A DNA stretch of 64,000 nucleotides from a bacterium (lineage in GTDB: Bacteria; Patescibacteriota; Saccharimonadia; Saccharimonadales; Saccharimonadaceae), in contig JAUIGB010000001.1 of NCBI GenBank assembly GCA_030429975.1, positions 44,190 through 108,189 of the forward strand, in the 5' to 3' direction. Positions 18,422 through 27,678 of the stretch are shown here, one piece after another (the stretch's first letter is position 1; every line of letters begins with the position of its first letter). The position numbers and the translations under genes are program-made. The notes under the pieces were generated by a model that ran no database searches, was not told the DNA's origin, and saw nothing but the letters and a program-made list of their open reading frames with translations.

Positions 18422-19198
18422 ATGAGTCGTAGTCACGAATTCCGTGCCGTTATAGAGGGCGACGACGACAAAAATGTCAAAAAACTGACAAAGGAGCAGT
18501 TACGATATATGGGAAAAATTATTTTTGGAATATTTGCACATCCCGACGACGAGGCATTTTTGACTGCCGGCACGTTGTTACAGGAAGTAAACGACGGTAG
18601 CGAATTACATCTGGTGTGCCTGACGGACGGCTGCGGCAAACACAGCATGAATCCCGATAACGTATCAGACCTTAGCGAAACGAGGCTGGAGGAGTGGCAT
18701 AACGCGGGCAAACTAATCGGCGTCAAGAATCAGCACTGCTTTAAGTATGTCGACGGCAACCTCAATAACGACGACCATATAGAAATAACCGAACGTATCG
18801 TGAATATGGTCAAAGACACCGTCGACAAGGATTCCGATAAGCAAATCGAGTTCATATCCATGGATACCAATGGCATTACGGGCCACATAGACCATATCGT
18901 AGCCGCGCGTAGCGCCCTGTTGGCGTATTACAGACTAAAGATGGAGGGATTTCCTGTTACGCGTGTACGTCTAGCCTGCTTGGCCGAAGAGGACTTTGCC
19001 GACATCAATACTAGTTGGACCCTGCGCGAGCCTGGTCGTTCATCAGACGAGATAGATGAAACCGTTGACGCTCGCGACCAATACGACCGTGTATGCGAGA
19101 TTATGCGCGCGCACCATTCGCAACGATCTGACGCAGATGAATGGATCAACAAACTTGGCGACCGTGTCGCTATCAATCATTTCATCGTAAGAGACTAG
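18422..19198 (+). CDS. PIG-L / LmbE-family N-acetylglucosaminyl deacetylase
   Basis: FAHPDDEAFLTAGTL (HPDDE zinc motif) and GHIDH. Start placed at ATG 18422 directly after the -10 box. Confidence 0.8.
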   Translation: MSRSHEFRAVIEGDDDKNVKKLTKEQLRYMGKIIFGIFAHPDDEAFLTAGTLLQEVNDGSELHLVCLTDGCGKHSMNPDNVSDLSETRLEEWHNAGKLIGVKNQHCFKYVDGNLNNDDHIEITERIVNMVKDTVDKDSDKQIEFISMDTNGITGHIDHIVAARSALLAYYRLKMEGFPVTRVRLACLAEEDFADINTSWTLREPGRSSDEIDETVDARDQYDRVCEIMRAHHSQRSDADEWINKLGDRVAINHFIVRD

Positions 19199-21036
19199 GC
19201 CTGGCCCGGTATCTTGAATTGACCAGGAACGGCGGCGGCTGGTTCTGGAGCAGTTTCGGGTGCCGGAGCAACACCACTATCACCAAAAACATCACCCGAG
19301 ACCGCGCCTGACGGCATAGGTGGCAAACTAGCACCCATGTCAGCCGGTGGCGCTGGCGGTGGAGGTGGCAATGGTAAATTCGACGCGTCCGATGGCATAG
19401 GAGGTAATGGTGGCAAGTCCGGTACTCCAGCTGGGGTATTAGGCGAAGGCGGTGCGACCGTTTCATCGGATGAATTCAACAAAGCGGCGCCTTCTGGCGT
19501 ACCACCTACATTTGCTGGAGCCGTCGATGGGTTAACAGGACTCACCTCGCTAGACGAAGTAGGCTCGGCAAACGGATTTATCGTTGGCTGTCCGTCTTCT
19601 GGTCCATTCTGAAAACTATTCAAGGCGTTGTCTTGGCTGGGTGCCTCCGCCCTGGTATCATGTCGCTGAATAATTTGTGGGTGCTCTTGGGGCGCTTCTG
19701 GTGCTGGAGCAAGTGCTTGCATCTGCGGTAACGCAGGGGCCGCTTCTCCACCCGTTGGTTCAAATCCAGGCATACCGGCATCCTTCGATGCAGTTGGTAA
19801 ATCTGGCATAGGGGCCGCCGGTGGAGACAATGGTTCTACCGCCACGGCCGAGACGGGTGGCGGTGGCGGGACCTCGGGTTGAGGAGGTTGTGGTGCGGAT
19901 TCTGGTTCTGGTGCCGCAGGCGGCGGCGTAGCTTCGACCGGAGCCTCGGCTGGAGGAGGCGCACCGTTGCCCGATCCATCTGGTGGGGCTGGCGCGTCTG
20001 GCGCATAAGCAGGATTGCTCTCTCCGTTTACGGGTATCGGAGGCGTCTCCGGCGTCTGCGGAGGTAATATGCCCCCATTTTCTTGCAGTTGCTGTTCAAT
20101 ATCTGCCATTGTCCCGGTCGGCGAACCGCCCGTTACACCGGCTAATTGGCTCTCGAATTGCTGTTCTTTGGTTTCTTGCTTGTTGCCTTTGTCTTGCTCT
20201 GTTCTGTCTATAGTTAGTTCGGTTCCGCTGTCATTTGCCTGGGTACCGCCACCGCCGCTCGTCTTACTAGAAGGAGTAACTGCATGCCCTTCCTCTAATT
20301 TAGCCGCGATTAATTGCTGGTTCGCGCCTGCGCCCATCAATTGCGCGGCGATAGTCATCACACTAGTAGTCGTATGGTCATTACTAAATCTAGCGGTCGC
20401 CGATACGATTCCCGTCAAAAGCGCCGTGGCTACTTGCTGATCTAACAGTGGCTGTTCTGATTTCAAACCCTCGTTGAGGCTGGCAACCATTTCAGACAAG
20501 CTACTGGCATTTTCATTATGCCAGTCGGTACTACCTAGCGTACTCTTTGCAGCACCAGTAGTCACCGTCATCACTGTCGCGTCGTGCAATATCTTGCCAT
20601 GCGACTCCAACGCCTTATCCAAATGCGCCTGATCCGTGACGCCCAACGCTATGATTAACTCGACATTGTAATCACCTTGGCTAAACTGCAGATCAGACTG
20701 GCTTAGCTGGGTTTTATACGGAGTGATGAAAATCTTTACGGACTCTCCCTCTACCTTGTATCTCAGGTGGTCGGCCTTCTCTTTATCGAGGGCAATGATA
20801 AAATCACGCAAACTATCGGCGCTATTATCAAAAGTCTTGTCCGGTTCCAAAAATGAAATCGCAGGAGGTATAGATCCGCTGAATACAGAGGTAGCCCTCT
20901 TGTCCATGTGATCCAACATAATTGTCAAACCCAAAGCAGCCGACAATTCGTCGACAGTAGGATTAGTGCTAACAGTCACCAAAATGTTACTGTTGCTATT
21001 TATAGCGTCTATGACCTGTTGTTTTGCTTGGTCCAT
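19195..21036 (-). CDS. Hypothetical protein: degenerate DHH-like N-terminal domain + ~350-aa Pro/Ala-rich tail
   Basis: 613 aa. The N-terminal 250 aa resemble NrnA/DHH architecture, but the DHH motif reads DQAH. The C-terminal half is low-complexity P/A/E/G. Confidence 0.6.
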   Translation of the reverse strand: MDQAKQQVIDAINSNSNILVTVSTNPTVDELSAALGLTIMLDHMDKRATSVFSGSIPPAISFLEPDKTFDNSADSLRDFIIALDKEKADHLRYKVEGESVKIFITPYKTQLSQSDLQFSQGDYNVELIIALGVTDQAHLDKALESHGKILHDATVMTVTTGAAKSTLGSTDWHNENASSLSEMVASLNEGLKSEQPLLDQQVATALLTGIVSATARFSNDHTTTSVMTIAAQLMGAGANQQLIAAKLEEGHAVTPSSKTSGGGGTQANDSGTELTIDRTEQDKGNKQETKEQQFESQLAGVTGGSPTGTMADIEQQLQENGGILPPQTPETPPIPVNGESNPAYAPDAPAPPDGSGNGAPPPAEAPVEATPPPAAPEPESAPQPPQPEVPPPPPVSAVAVEPLSPPAAPMPDLPTASKDAGMPGFEPTGGEAAPALPQMQALAPAPEAPQEHPQIIQRHDTRAEAPSQDNALNSFQNGPEDGQPTINPFAEPTSSSEVSPVNPSTAPANVGGTPEGAALLNSSDETVAPPSPNTPAGVPDLPPLPPMPSDASNLPLPPPPPAPPADMGASLPPMPSGAVSGDVFGDSGVAPAPETAPEPAAAVPGQFKIPGQA

Positions 21037-21208
21037 GGTGTTTTTTGTTGTTTTTGTTTAACTAATTTATAGTCCGTTTCAATATACCATGAGCGTTATA
21101 ATATAGTCAACAAATTTTATCCCTTTTTGACCCCTAGACAAAAATGTGTTTTTCGTCTATAATCTCTCTTTGATTGTAATAACAAATATTTAAGAGGTAA
21201 ATTTTTAT

Positions 21209-21568
21209 ATGCCAATCATCAAATCCGCTGTAAAGCGCATGAAGCAGACCGTAGTTCGACGCGAACGGAACGTTGCTTTGAAAAAAGATATCAAATCCGC
21301 TACCAAGGCTTTTTTGGCGAAGCCTAGCGCTGATACCCTATCAAAAGCTCAGAGTGAATTAGACAAAGCCGTCAAAAAAGGTCTGTTGAAAAAGAACACC
21401 GTTGCTCGTCGAAAAGCTAACCTGTCTGCAGTTGCAAAGGCTGCAAACGTAAAGCTTGCGACTGGAACCGCCAAAAAGGCATCTGCAAAGCCTGCCGCCA
21501 AGAAAGCTCCGGCAAAAAAGCCAGTAGCGAAAAAGGCACCCGCAAAGAAAACGACAACCAAAAAATAG
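21209..21568 (+). CDS. rpsT: 30S ribosomal protein S20 with Lys/Ala/Pro-rich C-terminal tail
   Basis: MPIIKSAVKRMKQTVVRRERN S20 N-terminus. SD AAGAGG upstream. Tail AKPAAKKAPAKKPVAKKAPAKKTTTKK. Confidence 0.9.
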   Translation: MPIIKSAVKRMKQTVVRRERNVALKKDIKSATKAFLAKPSADTLSKAQSELDKAVKKGLLKKNTVARRKANLSAVAKAANVKLATGTAKKASAKPAAKKAPAKKPVAKKAPAKKTTTKK

Positions 21569-21582
21569 TTAACATGTTAACC
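21564..21582. repeat. 19-nt palindromic site AATAGTTAACATGTTAACC (copy 1)
   Basis: Identical to 59195-59213. Core GTTAACATGTTAAC is a perfect palindrome. Confidence 0.8.
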
Positions 21583-21587
21583 AATTT

Positions 21588-21614
21588 CAGCCTCCTACAC
21601 GGAGGCTGTTTTTA
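21588..21614 (+). terminator. Rho-independent terminator of rpsT
   Basis: CAGCCTCCtacacGGAGGCTG followed by TTTTTATT. Overlaps the 3' end of convergent holA. Confidence 0.75.
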
Positions 21615-22515
21615 TTAATGCATGCTCTATTAAGACCCAAGGGTCGACACTAATAGACTTCATGTCCTTGTCTGTTTTGGCAAAAATACGAACGATTTCT
21701 CGTACCTTCGCCTGACCTAGCCTGTCAGCATGCGACGTTAGCTTGCCGAGCGCATATGGATGCACACCTAGATCAACCGCGATATCCGCCGTGCGTCGAC
21801 CCGAATTTTTATCCATATTCGCAAGTGCGGCCAACTGAAAAACTTGTCCGGATAACAAGCCCAGAACCATATACGGTTCTTCGGTTTGCTCTAGATCTTT
21901 TATCATGTCACGCACCTTTTGTTTTTTACCCACCAACGCGGTTTCTAGTAAATTAAACACGTTTTCCGTCGGTTTTGAATCTATAGATTGCTCGATAGCC
22001 TCAGGTGTAATCTCGTCTAATACGGATAGTTTTTCTAGCGCATGGTACAGTTGCCACTGATCATTCCCCACTCTCTCGATCAGTAATCGCGCACATTTTT
22101 TGTCCAACGTCGCTCCCATGTCACGAGCCTCGTCGAGTATCCACTTTTCAGCCGGAGCGGTTTCGTATTCCTTCCACTTTTTGTGTTCGATTATTTGAGC
22201 GACGGACTTTATACTACTCCAAAATTTGGTTCGTTTGTCGGGCTTTGGCTCTACTAGTACCAAGTGCACGTCATCACTCACCGTAGCCAACCAACCCGAC
22301 AGGGCATCTCCAAGTTTTTTGTTTTCAGACACGTCACGAATAATAACCAGTCGATTAGTCGCGAACAGGGTTCCTCCCTGTAATAAATCAGGTAAATTGC
22401 CGACTTCTAATTCGCTTGCGTCGAATTTTTCCGGCATGCCATCAAAATCAGCGACGATTTTATTAATAGCCCGCCTGATTTCAAAGCTGTTATCTCCCGT
22501 TAGAAATGTAATCAC
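21595..22515 (-). CDS. holA: DNA polymerase III subunit delta
   Basis: 306 aa. The N-terminal pattern ITFLTGDNSFEI...LFATNRLVIIRD is typical of HolA. Confidence 0.75.
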   Translation of the reverse strand: MITFLTGDNSFEIRRAINKIVADFDGMPEKFDASELEVGNLPDLLQGGTLFATNRLVIIRDVSENKKLGDALSGWLATVSDDVHLVLVEPKPDKRTKFWSSIKSVAQIIEHKKWKEYETAPAEKWILDEARDMGATLDKKCARLLIERVGNDQWQLYHALEKLSVLDEITPEAIEQSIDSKPTENVFNLLETALVGKKQKVRDMIKDLEQTEEPYMVLGLLSGQVFQLAALANMDKNSGRRTADIAVDLGVHPYALGKLTSHADRLGQAKVREIVRIFAKTDKDMKSISVDPWVLIEHALIKTASV

Positions 22516-22583
22516 TAATAGTCAGCGTAATATAAAACGTATATTTTATCCAGGTGGATGGTTTTATATTTCGGTGGCTATGG

Positions 22584-23453
22584 CTATTTTAGCACCTGAC
22601 ACCTTGGACATATATGCGTACCACGACCCGCCGCACGTGTTTTTATAATTTCCGTACCACAGCGACGGCAGGGTTGACCTTCGCGCCGAAAAACCCGCGC
22701 GAATTCTATATAACTGCCTTTTTTGCCCTCGGCATTAACATAGTTTCTGTCGGTGCTACCACCCAAATCTATCGATTCGTTCAAGATTGCGCGAAGCTCG
22801 GTATATAACGCGACAAATGAGGGTTTACGAATATCCGAAACTTTTGTAAGTGGATGTATCTTCGAGCCCCATAACGATTCGTCGGCATATATATTGCCGA
22901 CACCCGCCACGACCGTTTGATCCAGCAAGGCTGCTTTTATGGACGAATTCTTGCGCCGGGCAAACCTGTCGAAGAACTGACTGGCGGTAAAATCCGCCTC
23001 TAGGGGTTCGGGTCCTACCTTTTGCATAAAATCTATGTTCGGGACTTCAATCGTTGGCATCAGTCTGACCCAACCAAATTTACGCTGGTCGTTGAAATAC
23101 AAATGCGACCCATCCGAGAATTCAAAAATTACCCTCGTGGATTTATCTGGTAGTCTGCCAACCAAAGAGTCGCTAGGATGTCCCGCGCCAAATTTCTCTT
23201 TGCCGATGTATACCAATTGCCCGGTCATTTTTAGATGTATAACCAAGGTGTGCTCTGTAGATAAATCTATCATTAACACCTTTGCCCTACGCCTTACTTC
23301 GACTATTTCCGCGCCAATCAAAAAATTACGAACATCGGCGTCCGCATTTGGAAAACTTTTAGGCCAATCATGGTTAACCGTTCGAATAGTTCGTCCGATG
23401 ATTAATCTTTGTAGCCCACGCCTTACAGTTTCTACCTCGGGCAATTCAGGCAC
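22584..23453 (-). CDS. mutM: Formamidopyrimidine-DNA glycosylase
   Basis: MPELPEVETVRRGL N-terminus and C-terminal zinc finger CRRCGTEI...CPRCQ. Confidence 0.95.
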   Translation of the reverse strand: MPELPEVETVRRGLQRLIIGRTIRTVNHDWPKSFPNADADVRNFLIGAEIVEVRRRAKVLMIDLSTEHTLVIHLKMTGQLVYIGKEKFGAGHPSDSLVGRLPDKSTRVIFEFSDGSHLYFNDQRKFGWVRLMPTIEVPNIDFMQKVGPEPLEADFTASQFFDRFARRKNSSIKAALLDQTVVAGVGNIYADESLWGSKIHPLTKVSDIRKPSFVALYTELRAILNESIDLGGSTDRNYVNAEGKKGSYIEFARVFRREGQPCRRCGTEIIKTRAAGRGTHICPRCQVLK

Positions 23454-24018
23454 GTATGATTTCCTTGATTTGTTCGATTGTTTTTGCTGTATCCGTGTGA
23501 TGTATGGTCTTCATTCCCACTTCCGAGGCGGCCGTGCAGTACCTCTCTATATCATCAACGAAAATACACTCGCTTGGGTATGCCCCTAGCTTGTCAGCTG
23601 CCAGCTCATATATCTGGGCTTCGGGTTTTACTAATCCAACCTGATAAGACAATATGGCGGAATCAAGTAGTTGCACTTGCCAGGGTTCAAATAGATCGTT
23701 CAGCCAGTTTCCGCCAGCATTACTTAACATGCCTATCTTGCATCGTGATTTCAGATCGTGCTTTATAAAATCAAACAATCGCCTGTCTGGGATGTTTCCA
23801 CCAAACCTACGCTCTACTTCGACTTCAGTGAGCCCCACAAGCTCGCCAACCTCAGATATAAAACGACGCATACTAATAGTTCCGCTATTCACGGCCTTGT
23901 CTAAATCTAGTGCTTGTTGCATCTTTTCGGGATTATCAGCGAAATGCTCTTCGCGTAACTGCTTCCAGCCATCCGATGTTAGCACGCCAAAACAATCAAA
24001 TATAACTGCCTTTATCAC
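23446..24018 (-). CDS. HAD-superfamily hydrolase
   Basis: Motif I IKAVIFDCFGVLT. I prefer GTG 24018, which lies 6 nt after TATAAT 24030-24025. The track ATG at 24075 lies inside the upstream gene's terminator hairpin. Confidence 0.65.
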   Translation of the reverse strand: MIKAVIFDCFGVLTSDGWKQLREEHFADNPEKMQQALDLDKAVNSGTISMRRFISEVGELVGLTEVEVERRFGGNIPDRRLFDFIKHDLKSRCKIGMLSNAGGNWLNDLFEPWQVQLLDSAILSYQVGLVKPEAQIYELAADKLGAYPSECIFVDDIERYCTAASEVGMKTIHHTDTAKTIEQIKEIIRA

Positions 24019-24056
24019 AGTTTTATTATACAGGGTAAAGGTCCGACCTTCCCAAC

Positions 24057-24082
24057 CATAAAACCCCGCCGTCACGGCGGGG
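24057..24082 (-). terminator. Rho-independent terminator of the 24107-24706 gene
   Basis: Minus strand CCCCGCCGtgaCGGCGGGG followed by TTTTATGG. Confidence 0.7.
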
Positions 24083-24106
24083 TTGCTTTCGGTTACGGCT
24101 AGGTAA

Positions 24107-24706
24107 TTATGATGCGTCTATTTTGCCCAGTAGCTTGTAGTTATCAGGAATTTGATCCAGAAACAGCTCGCGCACCAGTGTCAGCTTGGCATTAAACGAA
24201 CCACGCGTACAAGAGGCTGTCCATAATTTTTGGACTGATTTATTATCTTTTAGCACCTCGAACTCGTACAACGTACCAGTGGCACATATACCGCGCGTGT
24301 CATTTGCTGAATCTATAAACGGCAAATCATCCATGTATCCCAGGCGATCTAATGCATGAACTAGCTCGGTGTATGCTTTTTTGTTGTTACTCAATTCTTT
24401 TCGTTGAATCGGTTTTTTGTTGTATCCCTTGTAAGTTGTCATGTTACGGTAGTTCGGTTTTACAGTAATCGTATAGCTGTTGTGTTCTTCGTTACCGACT
24501 ATAGGACCTCGCACGGTCATGCGAACCCCACTACCACTTTCGGTCTTGGTTAGATTTTCGGCACCCCTATTAACAACCTCTGTAGGAGCAGGCGCGCCTC
24601 CACCAAAGATCGATTGGCCAATAGACCAAATACCAGCAATAGACGCCGCTATGACGATTAATATCAGTATAATCGGAATAATCCGTGACAATCCACTTCT
24701 CTCCAT
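24107..24706 (-). CDS. Hypothetical membrane-anchored protein
   Basis: 199-aa ORF with one N-terminal TM helix, a canonical promoter and a terminator. Confidence 0.6.
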   Translation of the reverse strand: MERSGLSRIIPIILILIVIAASIAGIWSIGQSIFGGGAPAPTEVVNRGAENLTKTESGSGVRMTVRGPIVGNEEHNSYTITVKPNYRNMTTYKGYNKKPIQRKELSNNKKAYTELVHALDRLGYMDDLPFIDSANDTRGICATGTLYEFEVLKDNKSVQKLWTASCTRGSFNAKLTLVRELFLDQIPDNYKLLGKIDAS

Positions 24707-24712
24707 GTTTTC

Positions 24713-24741
24713 ATTATAACATTTCTATGGAAAAAAGTCAA
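24713..24741 (-). promoter_or_regulatory. Canonical sigma-70 promoter giving a leaderless transcript
   Basis: Minus strand TTGACT (24741-24736), 17-nt spacer, TATAAT (24718-24713), then 6 nt to ATG 24706. Confidence 0.65.
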
Positions 24742-24753
24742 TACAGCTAACGT

Positions 24754-25089
24754 TTATTCGGTAGTAGTTTTCAAATATAGTTTCTTATCGAAGCCACCCC
24801 TGTCTGATAGCTTTTCGTTGCGAGCATCCTCGACCTTTTCTGGCGTGAATCCGCATACTTCATCCAGCGATTTCAACACCTCTGCTACATCTGCTCTCTC
24901 GCCCAAGTCACCGTCCGACTCGCGCAGTTCCTTTGCTTCTTCGACTAGCTTGTCTAATAGAGCCAGCCTAAACTGTTCGTCAGTTAATTCTTCGAAGTCC
25001 CCCAACACGCCATGTTCCGTTAACACCTCTGGTATTTTGTCGCGAACAAGTTTGTTATACGTTTTTTCGCCCACTATAATTCGCCCCAA
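24754..25089 (-). CDS. MazG-like / phosphoribosyl-ATP pyrophosphohydrolase-like nucleotide pyrophosphohydrolase
   Basis: 111 aa. YNKLVRDKIPE...LVEEAKEL...ADVAEVL helix pattern. Overlaps the polA stop by 16 nt. Confidence 0.55.
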   Translation of the reverse strand: MGRIIVGEKTYNKLVRDKIPEVLTEHGVLGDFEELTDEQFRLALLDKLVEEAKELRESDGDLGERADVAEVLKSLDEVCGFTPEKVEDARNEKLSDRGGFDKKLYLKTTTE

Positions 25090-27608
25090 TTTTTGCCCGA
25101 TTCAACGTCTACTTTTAGCTTGATCGGTAATTTCGGTGCGATAGCTTCCATGGTTTCTTTCAGTATCTTGCCAACCTTCTCGGCATTTTTGGCAGGACAT
25201 TCTACTAGTACGCTGTCATGAATCTGCAATATTTGCTGACCCAAGTCACCTAGTTTTTCCTCTATTTTAATCATTGCGAGCTTCATCAAATCAGCCTCGG
25301 TGCCCTGTATAGGCATATTTGCCGCCTGACGCTTGGCTCCTTCGCGAACCATATAGTTGCTACTCTTTAAATCCGGAGTTGGACGGCGCCGGCCATAGTA
25401 TGTCTCTACGTATCCGTCTTTTTCTGCCTTTTCTAGGGTATGGTCAATATATTTACGTATTGGAGCGCGCAGTTCAAAGTATTGATCAATGAACTGTTTT
25501 GCTTCTGCGAAGGTCTTGCCCGTATTTTGCGCTAACGCATGTGGACCCATGCCGTATAGGACGCCAAAGTTAATCACCTTGGCATCGCGACGCTGACCTT
25601 TAGTTACCTTGTCCATCGGTATACCATATACCTCGGATGCCGTTTTAGTGTGTATATCAATGTCATCGTTAAAGTCATCGATTAATTTCTGATCATTGGC
25701 CAGCACTGCGGCAAGGCGAAGTTCGAATTGGCTATAATCCGCACCCACCAATACATTACCCTTTTCTGGTACGAAGGCTTCGCGGATTCTCCTACCAAGT
25801 TCGGTTCTAACTGGAATGTTCTGTAGATTAGGGTCGGCGCTGGACAATCGCCCGGTCGCGGCGACATCTTGGTTGAAAGTCGTGTGTAGCCGATTGTTTT
25901 CATCGGTCATATCCGGCAATGTATCAACGTATGTGTTCTTTAACTTCGCTAGTTCCCGGGTTTGTTCGATCAGTTCGATTATCGGATGTTGTCCGCGTAG
26001 TTTGTCCAGTGTCTTTTGGTCGGTGCTATAGCCTGTTTTGCCCCGTTTTACACCCGCCGTCGGAAGCTGTAACTTGGTGAAAAGCACCTCGGCTAGTTGA
26101 GCCGGACTACCGATATTAAACTCGTGACCCGCCATTTTGTACATTTCTTTTTCTAATCTGGCGTGTTCTTCGCCCAATTCTTGGCTCATTTTTGCGAGTA
26201 GTTTTTTATCAATTTTGATACCTCGGTGTTCCACCAAAAACAGCGTGTGCATCAATGCGAAATCAAATCTTTCGGCAATTTCTGATACTTTTGGAATTTG
26301 CTTGAAGCCTTCTACTTGCCAATCATAAACCTGCCATAGTGACGCAATCCTCTCTAGTGGAGTCGTCACTTCTCCGCCTATAAGTGACCTGAGGCTACGA
26401 TCGCGGCGAAGTGGATCGATCAGAAAAGCCGACTGACGCACATCGTGGATCTGACCAAAACATACGTCATTGACACCATGCGCCGCCAAATCGTGATATA
26501 GCTGCTTGACATCGTAAGCGATAATTTTAGCTAACTCAAAGGCTTTCCAGGTACTTTTGGCAACGTCACGAATTGGCTGTTTATATGCAGTATCACGGTC
26601 CACCGACACCCATAAGTTGTCATCCTCGACATCCAGAACTACGTTGCCTTGAATCATCAGCTGGTCTGGCCACGGCTTTTCATCCAAATCCGCGGTGGAA
26701 TGATGATTCACGGCCAGTGCCCTTGATGGGTTTTCGTCCTGCATGTGTTTTGGCAGTCTGCGCGTCAGGGAGTGAAACTCAAATTTTTCTAAAATGTCAG
26801 CAACCCTGTTTAGGTCTGTGTTATGGATATCCGCTTCTTCCCAGTCTAGATCAATTGGCGCGTCAGTAAATATCTGGGCGACTTCCTTGCTGGCATATGC
26901 GGCCTCTTTGTCAGTCATAAGGTTTTCTTTTTGCGCGCCCTTTAGGTCATCTATATGCTTGTAGATTCCATCCAAATCACCATATGCTCCTAGTAGTTTT
27001 TCGGCCGCGACGGGACCAATCTTTCGTACGCCTGGAATATTGTCACTCGTGTCACCTACCAAAGCCTTGTAATCAACAAACTGGGCATGTTTGACGTGAT
27101 ACTTTTCCTCGAAAGCTGCCTCGTCGTATTCAGTTAAATCAGTACCTCCGCGCTTGGTTATATAGACACACGTATGCGGAGAGATTAGCTGTAACATGTC
27201 AAAATCACCAGACACCAAGCAAGTCTGAACACCTTTCTTGTCCGCCTGTTTTGCAAACGTACCCATAATGTCGTCGGCCTCATAGTCGTCAACTTCGTAT
27301 AGTGGCCACCCAAAAGCGTCCAATAACTCACGTAACAGTGGTATCTGCGCATGAAAGTCAGGTGGGGCAGGCTTTCTAGTGGCCTTGTACTGAGGCAGGA
27401 TTTTCTTTCGTTTTGCTATACTGGTGCCTTTTATGTCCCACGCGACAGCCACGTAGTCCGGGTCTAGCTTTTTAATAATTTCTATCGCTATGCTGGCAAA
27501 TCCATACACGGCGTTCGACGGAGTACCATCACGCAGACTAAGTCCGGGCATAGCGAAATACGCCCTATAAAAAACAGATTTACCATCGATAACTACGAGG
27601 CGTTTCAT
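25074..27608 (-). CDS. polA: DNA polymerase I
   Basis: 844 aa with a 5'-nuclease domain, a central exonuclease-like region, and pol motifs DYSQFELR, RRDAKVINFGVLYG and QIHDSVLVE. Confidence 0.95.
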   Translation of the reverse strand: MKRLVVIDGKSVFYRAYFAMPGLSLRDGTPSNAVYGFASIAIEIIKKLDPDYVAVAWDIKGTSIAKRKKILPQYKATRKPAPPDFHAQIPLLRELLDAFGWPLYEVDDYEADDIMGTFAKQADKKGVQTCLVSGDFDMLQLISPHTCVYITKRGGTDLTEYDEAAFEEKYHVKHAQFVDYKALVGDTSDNIPGVRKIGPVAAEKLLGAYGDLDGIYKHIDDLKGAQKENLMTDKEAAYASKEVAQIFTDAPIDLDWEEADIHNTDLNRVADILEKFEFHSLTRRLPKHMQDENPSRALAVNHHSTADLDEKPWPDQLMIQGNVVLDVEDDNLWVSVDRDTAYKQPIRDVAKSTWKAFELAKIIAYDVKQLYHDLAAHGVNDVCFGQIHDVRQSAFLIDPLRRDRSLRSLIGGEVTTPLERIASLWQVYDWQVEGFKQIPKVSEIAERFDFALMHTLFLVEHRGIKIDKKLLAKMSQELGEEHARLEKEMYKMAGHEFNIGSPAQLAEVLFTKLQLPTAGVKRGKTGYSTDQKTLDKLRGQHPIIELIEQTRELAKLKNTYVDTLPDMTDENNRLHTTFNQDVAATGRLSSADPNLQNIPVRTELGRRIREAFVPEKGNVLVGADYSQFELRLAAVLANDQKLIDDFNDDIDIHTKTASEVYGIPMDKVTKGQRRDAKVINFGVLYGMGPHALAQNTGKTFAEAKQFIDQYFELRAPIRKYIDHTLEKAEKDGYVETYYGRRRPTPDLKSSNYMVREGAKRQAANMPIQGTEADLMKLAMIKIEEKLGDLGQQILQIHDSVLVECPAKNAEKVGKILKETMEAIAPKLPIKLKVDVESGKNWGEL

Positions 27609-27678
27609 ATCTATTATTATAGCTTATCTGTTAGTTTTAGCGAATCTCGCGATCGACGGACTAAAAGTCCGCTACCTC

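Noticed and set aside
19337-20440. Several plus-strand ORFs (91, 62, 76 and 141 aa)
   Set aside because: They are antisense to the Pro-rich tail of the 19195-21036 gene. CCN/GGN repeats keep the opposite strand open by composition alone.
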